A stretch of 64,000 bases of DNA from a candidate division WOR-3 bacterium (GTDB lineage: Bacteria > Hydrothermota > Hydrothermia > LBFQ01), in NCBI GenBank assembly GCA_039802605.1, contig JBDRWW010000001.1, positions 282,227 through 346,226 of the forward strand, written 5' to 3'. Position numbers and translations under genes: made by a program. The notes below the pieces were generated by a model. That model worked only from the letters and a program-made list of their open reading frames with translations. It was not told the DNA's origin and searched no databases. The stretch's first letter is position 1. Each line of letters begins with the position of its first letter. This document shows positions 11,069 to 20,728 of the stretch, one piece after another.

Positions 11069-11703
11069 TTCTCCCCAAAAATTAAGCCCTCAACATGTTT
11101 CCAAGCCTCGTTTATCACCCCTTCAACACTCTGATTTCCGTTTATAACCTTTATCCTCTTTTTAGCCCTCCTTGCCAATGCCAAATATCCATACCTAACC
11201 CTTTCAAAGAATTCCAGGCCAAGCTTCTCGTAATAATCAAAATCTTTTGTTCTCTTTAACCTTTCCAAGGCGATCTTTGGGTCTATGTCTATAAGGAGGG
11301 TTAGGTCGGGCTTCAACTTCATACTCGCTATTTTGTTTAAACGGGTTATCAGGTAATACTCCAACCCTTTACCAAAAACCTGGTATGCAAAGGTTGAATC
11401 CGAATACCTGTCGCTTATAACTATTTTCCCTTCCCTCAGCGCAGGTATTATTTTCCTCTTAGTGTGGTCATACCTTGAAGAAAGTAAAGCGAAAACTTCC
11501 GCCAAAGGCTCCCTCGCTATGGGTTTTGATAAGACCTTTCTTATTTCCTCCGCGAAATCCGTCCCACCCGGTTCCCTTGTTATAACTATTCTTTCGGGTT
11601 TTACCCCCCTTTGAAGTAATCTCTCCCTTAATCCCTCAATTAAAGAGCTTTTGCCGCTACCGTCAATGCCCTCAACGGTTATAAACTTTCCCCATCTACC
11701 CAA
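11065..11703 (-). CDS. tmk: thymidylate kinase
   Basis: 212 aa; P-loop ITVEGIDGSGKSS, DRY-like motif. Confidence 0.85.
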   Translation of the reverse strand: MGRWGKFITVEGIDGSGKSSLIEGLRERLLQRGVKPERIVITREPGGTDFAEEIRKVLSKPIAREPLAEVFALLSSRYDHTKRKIIPALREGKIVISDRYSDSTFAYQVFGKGLEYYLITRLNKIASMKLKPDLTLLIDIDPKIALERLKRTKDFDYYEKLGLEFFERVRYGYLALARRAKKRIKVINGNQSVEGVINEAWKHVEGLIFGEK

Positions 11704-11706
11704 AGT

Positions 11707-13656
11707 TTAAAGTGCCAAAATCCCGAGAATAAACAGGGCACCAACAACAAGCCACAACGCGTATGTTCTGACGGAACCCGTTTGCAATTTCCTAAATAGG
11801 GAACCAAATGCGTAAGATATCCAAGCCAAGGCATTAATGGTACCGTCAATCAAAATCCTATCAACGAGTAGGAACAATATCCACTTTGAAATGAAGTTCA
11901 AACCCTTAACAAAAACAAAGTAATAAATCTCATCCACCCAATACCTGTTATACAGCACAACATAAACGGGTTTGAAAACCTTAGCCATAACGACGGGAAT
12001 ACTCGGGGAAAGTACATACATAAAGTAGGCCAACAAAATTCCCAGAACGCCGGCGGTTATACCGAGAAGCATGGGCAAGGATGTATGGGATATGTGGAAG
12101 TGTTCGGGTAATACGAATGCATCCTTAAAGAGTTTTGCCCACAAGCTGTGCTCACCTCCCAAACCGACAAAACCGGCAACTATTGAACCCATTGCCAAAA
12201 TTCCCATAGGTATAAGCATTATAGGGGGACTTTCATGGGCGTGTTCGTAAAGGTGATGATCCCTAGGTTTCCCAAAGAAAACCATAAAAAACATCCGAAA
12301 CATGTAGAAAGCGGTTAAAAATGCGGTGATGACCAAAAGCCAAAAGACAAAGGGGAATTCCTGGGTTGCCAAAAGAATTTCGTCCTTACTGAAAAAGCCG
12401 GCAAAAGGAGGGATACCCGCAAGGGCCAAGCCCCCTATCGCCATAAACAAACCCGTCCATGGGAGTTTTTTCCAAAGCCCTCCCATCCTCTGAATATCCA
12501 ATACATCGTGTAATGCATGCATTACGGAACCGGCGGTTAAGAACAACAGGGCTTTAAAGAAGGCGTGTGTGTATAGGTGGAAAACCCCCGCGGAATACCC
12601 AAACATACCCGCAGCCGAAAACATGTAGCCCAACTGTGATATGGTTGAAAAGGCGAGGATCCTCTTTAAGTCGTTATTTACAAGGGCCATAGTTGCGGCA
12701 AAGAAGGCGGTTAAGGCCCCTATTATAGCCACCATTTCGGGGGATGATAGACCAAAAAGTATGGGGACATCCTTAACGGATGAGTATAAAAACGATGTCC
12801 TCGCCACGAGATATACGCCGGCCGTTACCATAGTTGCGGCGTGTATTAATGCCGAAACCGGTGTTGGACCCTCCATGGCATCCGGCAACCAAACATAAAG
12901 GGGGATCTGGGCCGATTTACCGGTTGCCGCCACAAAAAACAGCAAGCCCGCTAATGCCAAAGAAGATGCCAATGTTTCTTTATTTTGCAAAACAAAGTTA
13001 TTAACCTCCGTATATTTTAGCGTCCCAAAGAGGGCAAATATTAAGAACATACCCAATAAAAACCCCGCATCCCCAATTCTATTAACCACAAAGGCCTTCA
13101 TACCGGCCTGACGGGGTGCATCCCTAAAATACCAGAACCCTATTAAAAGGTAAGAGGCCAAACCGACACCTTCCCAACCCACAAATGTAACCGGGAATGA
13201 GTTTCCCAAAACCAAAACCAGCATAAAGAACACGAACATATTTAAATAGGAGAAATACCTCCAATAACCCTCATCGTGCTCCATATAGCCTATGGAATAA
13301 AGGTGTATCCAAAGGGATACGAATGTTACAACGAATAGCATTATGCCCGCAAGGGGATCAAGTAGATAACCCACGGTAATGTTTAGGTCTCCGGCGAACA
13401 TCCATGTGTATAGGTCTTTTTCAACGGTAAGACCCCCGAATAGGGTTTGGTACGCGAGATAACCCCCGGTAAGGGTGGAGATCAAAAGCATAAGGGTGGC
13501 TATCCATCCCGGAAGTTTGCCGAGTTTTCTACCGAATATTCCGTTAATCAAAAACCCAAAAAAGGGCGCACTAACGGTGGTAATAACGAGAATATCCACG
13601 GTATTCATGAACGGATATTCTAAGCCCGAAAAACGATTATTGGGTTCGGTATGCAT
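11707..13656 (-). CDS. nuoL: NADH-quinone oxidoreductase subunit L / complex I antiporter-like subunit
   Basis: 649 aa polytopic membrane protein with NuoL/ND5 conserved segments; not flanked by other nuo genes. Confidence 0.7.
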   Translation of the reverse strand: MHTEPNNRFSGLEYPFMNTVDILVITTVSAPFFGFLINGIFGRKLGKLPGWIATLMLLISTLTGGYLAYQTLFGGLTVEKDLYTWMFAGDLNITVGYLLDPLAGIMLFVVTFVSLWIHLYSIGYMEHDEGYWRYFSYLNMFVFFMLVLVLGNSFPVTFVGWEGVGLASYLLIGFWYFRDAPRQAGMKAFVVNRIGDAGFLLGMFLIFALFGTLKYTEVNNFVLQNKETLASSLALAGLLFFVAATGKSAQIPLYVWLPDAMEGPTPVSALIHAATMVTAGVYLVARTSFLYSSVKDVPILFGLSSPEMVAIIGALTAFFAATMALVNNDLKRILAFSTISQLGYMFSAAGMFGYSAGVFHLYTHAFFKALLFLTAGSVMHALHDVLDIQRMGGLWKKLPWTGLFMAIGGLALAGIPPFAGFFSKDEILLATQEFPFVFWLLVITAFLTAFYMFRMFFMVFFGKPRDHHLYEHAHESPPIMLIPMGILAMGSIVAGFVGLGGEHSLWAKLFKDAFVLPEHFHISHTSLPMLLGITAGVLGILLAYFMYVLSPSIPVVMAKVFKPVYVVLYNRYWVDEIYYFVFVKGLNFISKWILFLLVDRILIDGTINALAWISYAFGSLFRKLQTGSVRTYALWLVVGALFILGILAL

Positions 13657-13682
13657 TTAATTCAACCTTAAAATAAATTCTT

Positions 13683-15335
13683 ATGCTTATACTGACGGCT
13701 TATATAACTTTTGCAAGTAGGTATGGAAACGGCAATGAGGAGCCCTACTCAATGGTTAGAATATCCGAAGGCTATGCGATTTTCGGGCAAACCAATTCGT
13801 TTTCCGGGGGTGGACTGGGATACGGCGACTTATTTTTGATAAAAGTTGATACTATGGGAAATCTTCTCTGGAACAGGGTTTACGGTAGATACATAAGTCC
13901 TTCCACACCACGAGAGGATTATGCCACTTGGATGATAGGAACATCGGATGGTGGTTTTTTGATGTTGGGTTATACGGGTGTCGACCCCTCGCCTTCCGAT
14001 AGTATGCACCTTTTTATGATAAAAACAAATTCTCTTGGGACAGTATCCTGGGCAAAAAGAATAGGTGTTAATCCAATTGCCGTTGGAGAAATTGATAAGG
14101 CTTGGAGTGCTGTGGAGGATACGGGTGGATATATTCTCGCCGGACAAACAAACACATCACCGGGTGCAGACTTTGATGCAATAGTTTTAAAAGTGGCTTC
14201 GGATGGGAGTGTTATAAGGTGGCAAAAGCGTTTGGGTAGGTTTAAGTTTGGAACCGATACGGTTCTGGCACAGCTCATGTTTGACATAGCAAAAGGACCG
14301 GACGGAAACTATATTTTGGTTGGAAGGGTTGAGGACAGTTTAACAACCCTCCCTTCGGGAGACCCGGAAGATTGGGATATTTATGCGGTAAAGATTAGAC
14401 CCAATGGGGATACTGTATGGACTAAAAGGTATAGGGGGCAGCCAACGCGCACATTTGTATCGGGGAATAGAGAAAGCGCCATAGGTTTGACCATGCTACC
14501 ATCGGGAAATTTTGTAGTCGTTGGATACGCCAACACTTGGGAAAGTCCATCAAACAATCCGGCTTATAGGGATATGCTGGTTATGAAGATAAGGGGAACG
14601 GATGGGGCGGTGCTGTGGGCAAAAAGGGTCGTAAGCAATGGAACATACGACCTTTTCAGAAACGCGTATTACTCAAACGGATATGTTTTCCTAAGCGGTG
14701 AGCTAAACGGCGATGCGGTTTTAATAAAGATGGATACATTGGGTAATCTCATATGGGCTAAGAGGTTTTCAACACCTTCAACGGATATAGGGAGATATGC
14801 CTTTCCAACAAACATAAATGGACAACAACATGTGGTGTTTTTACTATCGTCAGGTGGGTATGCTATTTTGATTCAATTGGATAGCAGTGGAAATTATTTA
14901 AGACCACCTCTTTGCGGATATTTAACGACAATAAGCCCTACCATTAGCAATGTTAGCCTTTATGCAATACCCACAAGGGATAGCGTTTACAACCTCTCGT
15001 TTTCTATAAACGACGCATCCGTGGCAACCACGAATGGAATAAACTCCAACAACCTTTGCCCCCTTAACGGCGATTACGAACTCGTTGTAGGGGAGAGGGA
15101 AAGTTGCAAGGATGCAATTGTTGTAAAATCTTCCAAGGGTGGTTTAAAATTGGATGTTTATAAGGCCGGAGATTATGAAATAAGGGTTTATGATGCGAGC
15201 GGGAGGTCGGTTAGGGAATTTAACGGTTATATGGGTTTGGGAGTTTATACCTTAAATGTTCATAGAGGGCTGTTCTTCGTAGAGATAATAAAGGACGATA
15301 AGAGTTTGGGGATATTTAAAGCGGTAATAATGTGA
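13683..15335 (+). CDS. secreted beta-propeller-repeat protein with T9SS-type C-terminal domain
   Basis: 550 aa; recurrent GGY/GNY-ILxG blade-like repeats; C-terminal GLFFVEIIKDDKSLGIFKAVIM resembles the T9SS CTD. Confidence 0.5.
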   Translation: MLILTAYITFASRYGNGNEEPYSMVRISEGYAIFGQTNSFSGGGLGYGDLFLIKVDTMGNLLWNRVYGRYISPSTPREDYATWMIGTSDGGFLMLGYTGVDPSPSDSMHLFMIKTNSLGTVSWAKRIGVNPIAVGEIDKAWSAVEDTGGYILAGQTNTSPGADFDAIVLKVASDGSVIRWQKRLGRFKFGTDTVLAQLMFDIAKGPDGNYILVGRVEDSLTTLPSGDPEDWDIYAVKIRPNGDTVWTKRYRGQPTRTFVSGNRESAIGLTMLPSGNFVVVGYANTWESPSNNPAYRDMLVMKIRGTDGAVLWAKRVVSNGTYDLFRNAYYSNGYVFLSGELNGDAVLIKMDTLGNLIWAKRFSTPSTDIGRYAFPTNINGQQHVVFLLSSGGYAILIQLDSSGNYLRPPLCGYLTTISPTISNVSLYAIPTRDSVYNLSFSINDASVATTNGINSNNLCPLNGDYELVVGERESCKDAIVVKSSKGGLKLDVYKAGDYEIRVYDASGRSVREFNGYMGLGVYTLNVHRGLFFVEIIKDDKSLGIFKAVIM

Positions 15336-17765
15336 TCATCTAACCACCACCTTATAAACCCTACCGCCTTCTTTTACAAAATAAATACCCCTTTTCAGTT
15401 GCACAAATCCCTTTCCTTTGAAAACCCTTCTGCCATCCACAGAATAGATTTCACCGCTTAGATAAACCCCGTATTTTGATGAATAAAATCCCATCGCAAC
15501 CCCCTTTTCATTCTCAACATAGGATAACACCGGGCATATTGGGTTTGTGGTGTAAAACAACCTTAAATAAAGGGTTGCGGAATCCCCGGGTGAAAGGGTA
15601 TAAGGTCCTGAACCGATCATAGCCGACCAATCGCTTACGGTATCTGGTGGAAAGGATATATCACCCCTTAAAAGGAGAAACTTTACGCTATCGTCCATTA
15701 TCTCAAACCAGCTTGCGTTTTTTATAAAAGAAATGTTTGAAAGCGGGTTCAAAGCCTGCAAACCTATATAACCGTTGAAGCTGCCATCAACCGCCCCCAT
15801 TAACAAACACCTATAAGTTGGATACATGTATCCCGTATCCTTACTCGGCCTTCCAACATCAAAATCCGCAAAAAATCCTATATAACCGGATATAGTTGAA
15901 GGTGTAGTATTTTTAACGGTAAAGGCCAAATGTATAAATGTATCCCCGCCGTACCCGTATCCGGAAAGGGTGTATTCCAAACCGTTGCTATCACGCTGTT
16001 CAATGTAGTAGCCCTGCGGGACAAAGGGTATAAACTTAAATGTATCCGTAGGGTAAAAGTCTCTATCGTTTCCGTCTTTACCTATCCAAGCATCGCTAAC
16101 ATTTGAATGGGAAATTCCAAAGGCAAAACTCCCCAAATATAAATTTCCAATGCCCCCATACCAGAGGTTAAAAAACTTTCCCGTTCTCGTAAAAGAGACC
16201 TTTAAAGCGGTTGTATCAATGCTAACATATTCCCTTGGAGGATTTCCAAAAGGTACGAGTATGCCGTTTATAGTGCTATCGCTATAAGAAATCTTTAAAA
16301 CAAAGGATATGTATTCGCCGTCGTTTATACCACTTGCGAATATTTCAAAGGATACGGAAAATGTATCCGAGGCCGGGACGGTGGCATTAAAGGGTGGTGT
16401 GTTTATGGAAACCCTTGTATCGGATGTTTGTAGGGAAAAGTTTGCCAAGGAAGATGAAGCGGTATAATTCTTTATTAAAACCACCAAAGTGTCAAGTCCA
16501 TCAAACCTTCCATCCTTTATTTGCCAAGATAAAACCCTTGGTAAAATTGTTGAAGGTAAGGGTGTATTCTTTACGGCTTTCCAAGCGTTAACCCTTCCCC
16601 AACCGTATGAATTGTTGGGATAGGGGGAACCCCATGGGAAGGTATCGGTTGAATAGGTTAAAATGTTATAAATATCGTAAAATGTTAAAGATGGATTCTT
16701 TTGAAGCATTAAGGCTATTACCCCCGCGGTTATAGGTGATGAAAGCGATGTTCCACTTGCGGTTCTAAAACCCCCCCCTATGTTTGTGGTCAATACAGCT
16801 ACGCCCGGGGCAACCACATCGGGTTTTAAAAGGTTCCATGTCGGATAAGGCCAGTATGTGGGGTCATTCCAAGGGTTTTTGTTGGGGGCTGGGCCCCTTG
16901 ATGAAAACGATGCCAATGTATCGCCGGAATTTGTAGCCCCAACACCTATAACCAACGGATAGTTTCCAGGGGAGAAATTAACACCCGGGGTATTCCCCAG
17001 AGCAAATACGGGAATAATTCCGGCCATCCTTAAAAGGTATATATCGTTCCAATATTCAAGCGAGCCACTCGTATCACCGGTTTTCCAAGAGCCGTTATAC
17101 ACCCTTATGTCATAGCCGGAGTCTATTTTCCATTCGAGGATCTTTGAAAAACCCAGGTGAGTTGCAACTTCGTTTGATGTTATATAATATCCAAACATCC
17201 TAACAACCGCTATTTTTGCCCCGGGTGCCACGCCCGTGCTATCCGCCACCAAAACCCCCGATACCAAGGTTCCATGCGGGAGTATGGGGGAATCCGTGGG
17301 CCTTTCACTACCCTCAACGGCGTCGTACCATATGCCCGACCACTTCCCTATTAAATACGGGTGACTCGTATCTATTCCGGTATCCATTATAACCACCAAA
17401 ACCCCATTTCCATTATAGCCGTTTGCCCAACAGGAGTCCGCCATAATTTTATCTAAGGCCCAAGAACCCGTTGAATTCCTTCCGTAATCGTATATTGGTA
17501 AAAGTTCAACCGTTCCGGCTTTGTGGTACCCAACCGCGCCTAATACATCCCTTATTTTGTTCAGGTTTTCTTTGGATGTATATACGGCCACGGCGTTTGC
17601 CGATGGTAAGGGTATAACGCTATCCGCGAGGTTATAACTTTTTAAAAGGTTTGCCCTTTGACTTGTTTGCAGTTTTAACATTTGAAAAAGGGGTTTTACA
17701 TCCCTAAACTTATAATCCACAACATTACCAAGGGAAAAAATATACCAACCCATCATATCGCACAT
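15336..17765 (-). CDS. subtilisin-like serine peptidase (S8) with T9SS-type C-terminal sorting domain
   Basis: 809 aa; VIMDTGID, HGTLVSG, GTSLSSP triad contexts; C-terminal GIYFVKEGGRVYKVVVR CTD paralogous to the 7868-10021 protein. Confidence 0.8.
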   Translation of the reverse strand: MCDMMGWYIFSLGNVVDYKFRDVKPLFQMLKLQTSQRANLLKSYNLADSVIPLPSANAVAVYTSKENLNKIRDVLGAVGYHKAGTVELLPIYDYGRNSTGSWALDKIMADSCWANGYNGNGVLVVIMDTGIDTSHPYLIGKWSGIWYDAVEGSERPTDSPILPHGTLVSGVLVADSTGVAPGAKIAVVRMFGYYITSNEVATHLGFSKILEWKIDSGYDIRVYNGSWKTGDTSGSLEYWNDIYLLRMAGIIPVFALGNTPGVNFSPGNYPLVIGVGATNSGDTLASFSSRGPAPNKNPWNDPTYWPYPTWNLLKPDVVAPGVAVLTTNIGGGFRTASGTSLSSPITAGVIALMLQKNPSLTFYDIYNILTYSTDTFPWGSPYPNNSYGWGRVNAWKAVKNTPLPSTILPRVLSWQIKDGRFDGLDTLVVLIKNYTASSSLANFSLQTSDTRVSINTPPFNATVPASDTFSVSFEIFASGINDGEYISFVLKISYSDSTINGILVPFGNPPREYVSIDTTALKVSFTRTGKFFNLWYGGIGNLYLGSFAFGISHSNVSDAWIGKDGNDRDFYPTDTFKFIPFVPQGYYIEQRDSNGLEYTLSGYGYGGDTFIHLAFTVKNTTPSTISGYIGFFADFDVGRPSKDTGYMYPTYRCLLMGAVDGSFNGYIGLQALNPLSNISFIKNASWFEIMDDSVKFLLLRGDISFPPDTVSDWSAMIGSGPYTLSPGDSATLYLRLFYTTNPICPVLSYVENEKGVAMGFYSSKYGVYLSGEIYSVDGRRVFKGKGFVQLKRGIYFVKEGGRVYKVVVR

Positions 17766-17799
17766 TTTATAGTTGAAAAACCCACCTTAAAATACTTGT

Positions 17800-18825
17800 T
17801 TGTCCTTGAAGGAAGTCAGGGAGATAATCGAAGGTGTTGTTAAGGGGAAGAAAACGGGGGTTTTGAGGATTTATAGGAAAATGTTCGGCGATCCCCTTTT
17901 GTATGTAACATTTTTGAAAGGCACACCTGTATATGCTTACTCGTTTCTCGTAAAGGAGAAGTGGTATGACGGTCTTCTGAGTTACGAAGAAGTGGAAAAC
18001 AACCTTTTTGGAAACCTTTTTGAATACGCCTTCAAAAAACACGGACAAAAATATGTGGAACACCTCGTTGTTTATTCAAATAGGGTTATTCAAGAGGCTC
18101 TAACCGGTGCCGTAGAAAACAATTGGCAATTGGAGGCGGAATTTATCCATGAGGATGAGGATACCGTAAGGGAAAGTATTGGGATTTTAAAGGTTAAAAG
18201 TGAAATAGAAGCCTTCGCAAAAACCTTGCAATCACTTGGGGCAAAAGAGATTTTTATACCCAAATTGGATAAGTTCATAGGTTATTACGCCCAGAGCGAT
18301 TTAAGGGATATTTACAACTTTATGGTTAAGGCATTCGGTGATTGCGACAACATATTTTCATCTCCGTTTGGAAACATTTTTATTATCCACAAATACGGCC
18401 AACCAGTCGTATTTTCTATGGAAAATGTTTTAATAGGTGAAGATGTTGAAAGGTTGATCAGTATAATTGAGGGTTCGGAAAAGGTGTTGTTTGGAGGCAA
18501 AATTGAAGGGGGACAAAGGATTGAGGTTCCGGTATTTAAAACCTACGGGAAACCCTTTTTAATATCGTTAAGAACGGATGAAGGGTTTTTAACCCTGCAT
18601 TTAAAAAGCGACAAGGTTTATATGATGGATGTAAAACCTACAAACGCGGTTTTTTCAACAATTTCGGAATACAACGAGAAGATAAGTATCGCGCTCTATG
18701 ATATGCTCGGTAAGGAGACAAAAATTAAGTCTCAGGATATCGTTGATATGCGAATAAAAATCCTTTTGATGAAGTACCCCAATCCACAGGAGTTTAAGGA
18801 AGTTGTTCAGAAGGAGAGGTTTTAA
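17800..18825 (+). CDS. hypothetical protein, possible DUF4388/PATAN-like N-terminal domain
   Basis: 341 aa; TTG start; N-terminal GVLRIYRKMFGDPLLYVTFLKGTPVYAYS resembles the DUF4388 pattern. Confidence 0.35.
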   Translation: MSLKEVREIIEGVVKGKKTGVLRIYRKMFGDPLLYVTFLKGTPVYAYSFLVKEKWYDGLLSYEEVENNLFGNLFEYAFKKHGQKYVEHLVVYSNRVIQEALTGAVENNWQLEAEFIHEDEDTVRESIGILKVKSEIEAFAKTLQSLGAKEIFIPKLDKFIGYYAQSDLRDIYNFMVKAFGDCDNIFSSPFGNIFIIHKYGQPVVFSMENVLIGEDVERLISIIEGSEKVLFGGKIEGGQRIEVPVFKTYGKPFLISLRTDEGFLTLHLKSDKVYMMDVKPTNAVFSTISEYNEKISIALYDMLGKETKIKSQDIVDMRIKILLMKYPNPQEFKEVVQKERF

Positions 18826-19621
18826 GGGTTTTTATGTATTCCAATATGCTTTCCACAAATGGGGGTTTTTCAATGTTTAGTTTTGTATCCAGTAATATTG
18901 AGGTTTTTGGTCTAATACCGAGGTCGGGTTTTATAATGTAAATTTTTGAATTTGATCTTATGGCATCCTTTATCAAAACCGTACCCTCAAATGGGGTTAT
19001 CGGGGTTTTCCCCGTTATATGATAAATCCCCGGGGATTTTTCCAAAACCTTTAAGATATTCTTGGCCAAAAAATCCGCAGGGGTTGGGCAAACCAACTGT
19101 TCGTCGTGCGTATAAATATCCTCGTTTTTTATAAGTTTTAAAGGCATGGTGCTAAAAAAGTTTTTACCGTTTTCTCCAAAAACCCAAGATGTTCTTATAA
19201 CATAAGAGTTTGTGCATATACTTAAAACCGCCTCTTCCGAAAGCGTTTTTGTTTTTCCATACCAACTTATTGGGTTAGGTTTATCGTCCTCTGTATAAAG
19301 ACCAACTTTACCGTCAAACACATAATCCGTGGATATGTGAATAAGTTTAATTCCGTTTCTTTCACAAAATTCGGCTAGGATTTTTGGAAAAACAAAGTTT
19401 ATATTATAACACCTCTCCCTCTCCTTTTCGGCCAAGGAAACATTCGTATAAGCAATGGAATTTATGACAACGCTTACACCATCTAAAAACTTTTCCAAAA
19501 AGCCTTCTAAACCCCGGATGTTTTCAACATCAAAATCCTTACGCGTATGAAACTTGGCATTTTTTAAGGTTTTCCTTAATGCGGTTCCAAGGGTACCGGT
19601 TGAACCGAATACGGCTATCAA
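18794..19621 (-). CDS. rmlD: dTDP-4-dehydrorhamnose reductase
   Basis: 275 aa; Rossmann GSTGTLG, YxxxK short-chain dehydrogenase context, RmlD-like length. Confidence 0.8.
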   Translation of the reverse strand: MIAVFGSTGTLGTALRKTLKNAKFHTRKDFDVENIRGLEGFLEKFLDGVSVVINSIAYTNVSLAEKERERCYNINFVFPKILAEFCERNGIKLIHISTDYVFDGKVGLYTEDDKPNPISWYGKTKTLSEEAVLSICTNSYVIRTSWVFGENGKNFFSTMPLKLIKNEDIYTHDEQLVCPTPADFLAKNILKVLEKSPGIYHITGKTPITPFEGTVLIKDAIRSNSKIYIIKPDLGIRPKTSILLDTKLNIEKPPFVESILEYIKTLKTSPSEQLP

Positions 19622-19678
19622 AGGAAGTATTTTATATCCGCATAATAAACCGTTCGCCCTTAAAATACCCGTTTACTC

Positions 19679-19751
19679 GGCGGCCGTAGCTCAGCGGTAG
19701 AGCACCAGACTGTGGCTCTGGGGGTCGCGGGTTCGAATCCCGTCGGCCGCC
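19679..19751 (+). tRNA. tRNA-His (anticodon GUG) with encoded G-1
   Basis: manual cloverleaf: G-1 plus GCGGCCG acceptor pairing with CGGCCGC, D-arm GCTCAGCGGTAGAGC, anticodon loop CTGTGGC, T-arm GCGGGTTCGAATCCCGT, discriminator C; CCA not encoded. Confidence 0.85.
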
Positions 19752-19753
19752 CT

Positions 19754-20728
19754 TTGCGAATAGCAATTGTTGGGGCTACGGGGTTGGTGGGGAGGAAAAT
19801 GTTAGAGGTTTTGGAGGAAAGACTCTGGAAGGAAAATCCCGAAATTATCCCCTTAGCCTCCGAAAAATCCGCCGGTAAAACCCTGCACTTTCTAAACAAA
19901 ACCATAAAAGTTTTGCCTTTGGAATACGAAATTCCCGAGGTTGATTATGCTTTATTTTCGGCGGGTTCCGAAATATCCAAAAAGTTTGCCCCACTTTTTG
20001 TTGAAAGGGGGGCGGTTGTAATTGATAATTCAAGCGCTTTCCGTTTGGATGAGAGAGTACCCCTTGTGGTACCGGAGGTAAATCCGGAAGATATAAAGAA
20101 TCACAAGGGCATAATATCCAACCCAAATTGTTCCACGATACAAATGGTAGCTTTTTTAAAGCCACTACTGGACGCCTTCGGCATAGAAGAGGTTTTTGTT
20201 GCCACATATCAGTCGGTTTCGGGTGCGGGTATGAAAGGTCTGATGGCTTTGAACGAGGAGGAGAGGGGTGGAATATACGATGATACGCCTTTCCCCACAA
20301 GGATATACCGCAATGTTATCCCACAAATTGGAGATTTTTTTGAGGGTTATTCAACCGAGGAGTGGAAGATGATAAAGGAAACAAAAAAAATACTGAAAAG
20401 CGATATAAAGGTTTATCCAACAACGGTTAGGGTTCCGGTTGAGGTTGGGCATTCGGAAGCGATAACGGTTATATTAAAAAGTTCCCCATCAATTGAAGAT
20501 GTTTATGAGGTTTTGGAAAGGGCAAAGGGTTTAAAGGTTTTGAGGGATGGATATTCAACCCCCATAGATGTTGAGGATAAGGACTATGTTGTGGTAAGTA
20601 GGTTAAGGTTTAACCCTGACAATTCAAGGGCTTTGAGCGCCTGGGTTGTGGCGGATAATTTGCGTAAGGGTGCCGCAACGAATGCGGTTCAAATTTTGGA
20701 ACTTTTAATAAAAGGTGGATTGGAATAA
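19754..20728 (+). CDS. asd: aspartate-semialdehyde dehydrogenase
   Basis: IAIVGATGLVGRKML Rossmann motif and NPNCSTI active-site Cys; the ORF-track start at 19712 lies inside the tRNA, so the likely start is TTG at 19754. Confidence 0.85.
   Translation: MRIAIVGATGLVGRKMLEVLEERLWKENPEIIPLASEKSAGKTLHFLNKTIKVLPLEYEIPEVDYALFSAGSEISKKFAPLFVERGAVVIDNSSAFRLDERVPLVVPEVNPEDIKNHKGIISNPNCSTIQMVAFLKPLLDAFGIEEVFVATYQSVSGAGMKGLMALNEEERGGIYDDTPFPTRIYRNVIPQIGDFFEGYSTEEWKMIKETKKILKSDIKVYPTTVRVPVEVGHSEAITVILKSSPSIEDVYEVLERAKGLKVLRDGYSTPIDVEDKDYVVVSRLRFNPDNSRALSAWVVADNLRKGAATNAVQILELLIKGGLE

Noticed and set aside
19712-19753. N-terminal extension of the asd ORF (MALGVAGSNPVGRP...)
   Set aside because: The extension is the tRNA-His gene read in-frame. 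The conserved Asd Rossmann motif starts right after it, so TTG at 19754 is used instead.
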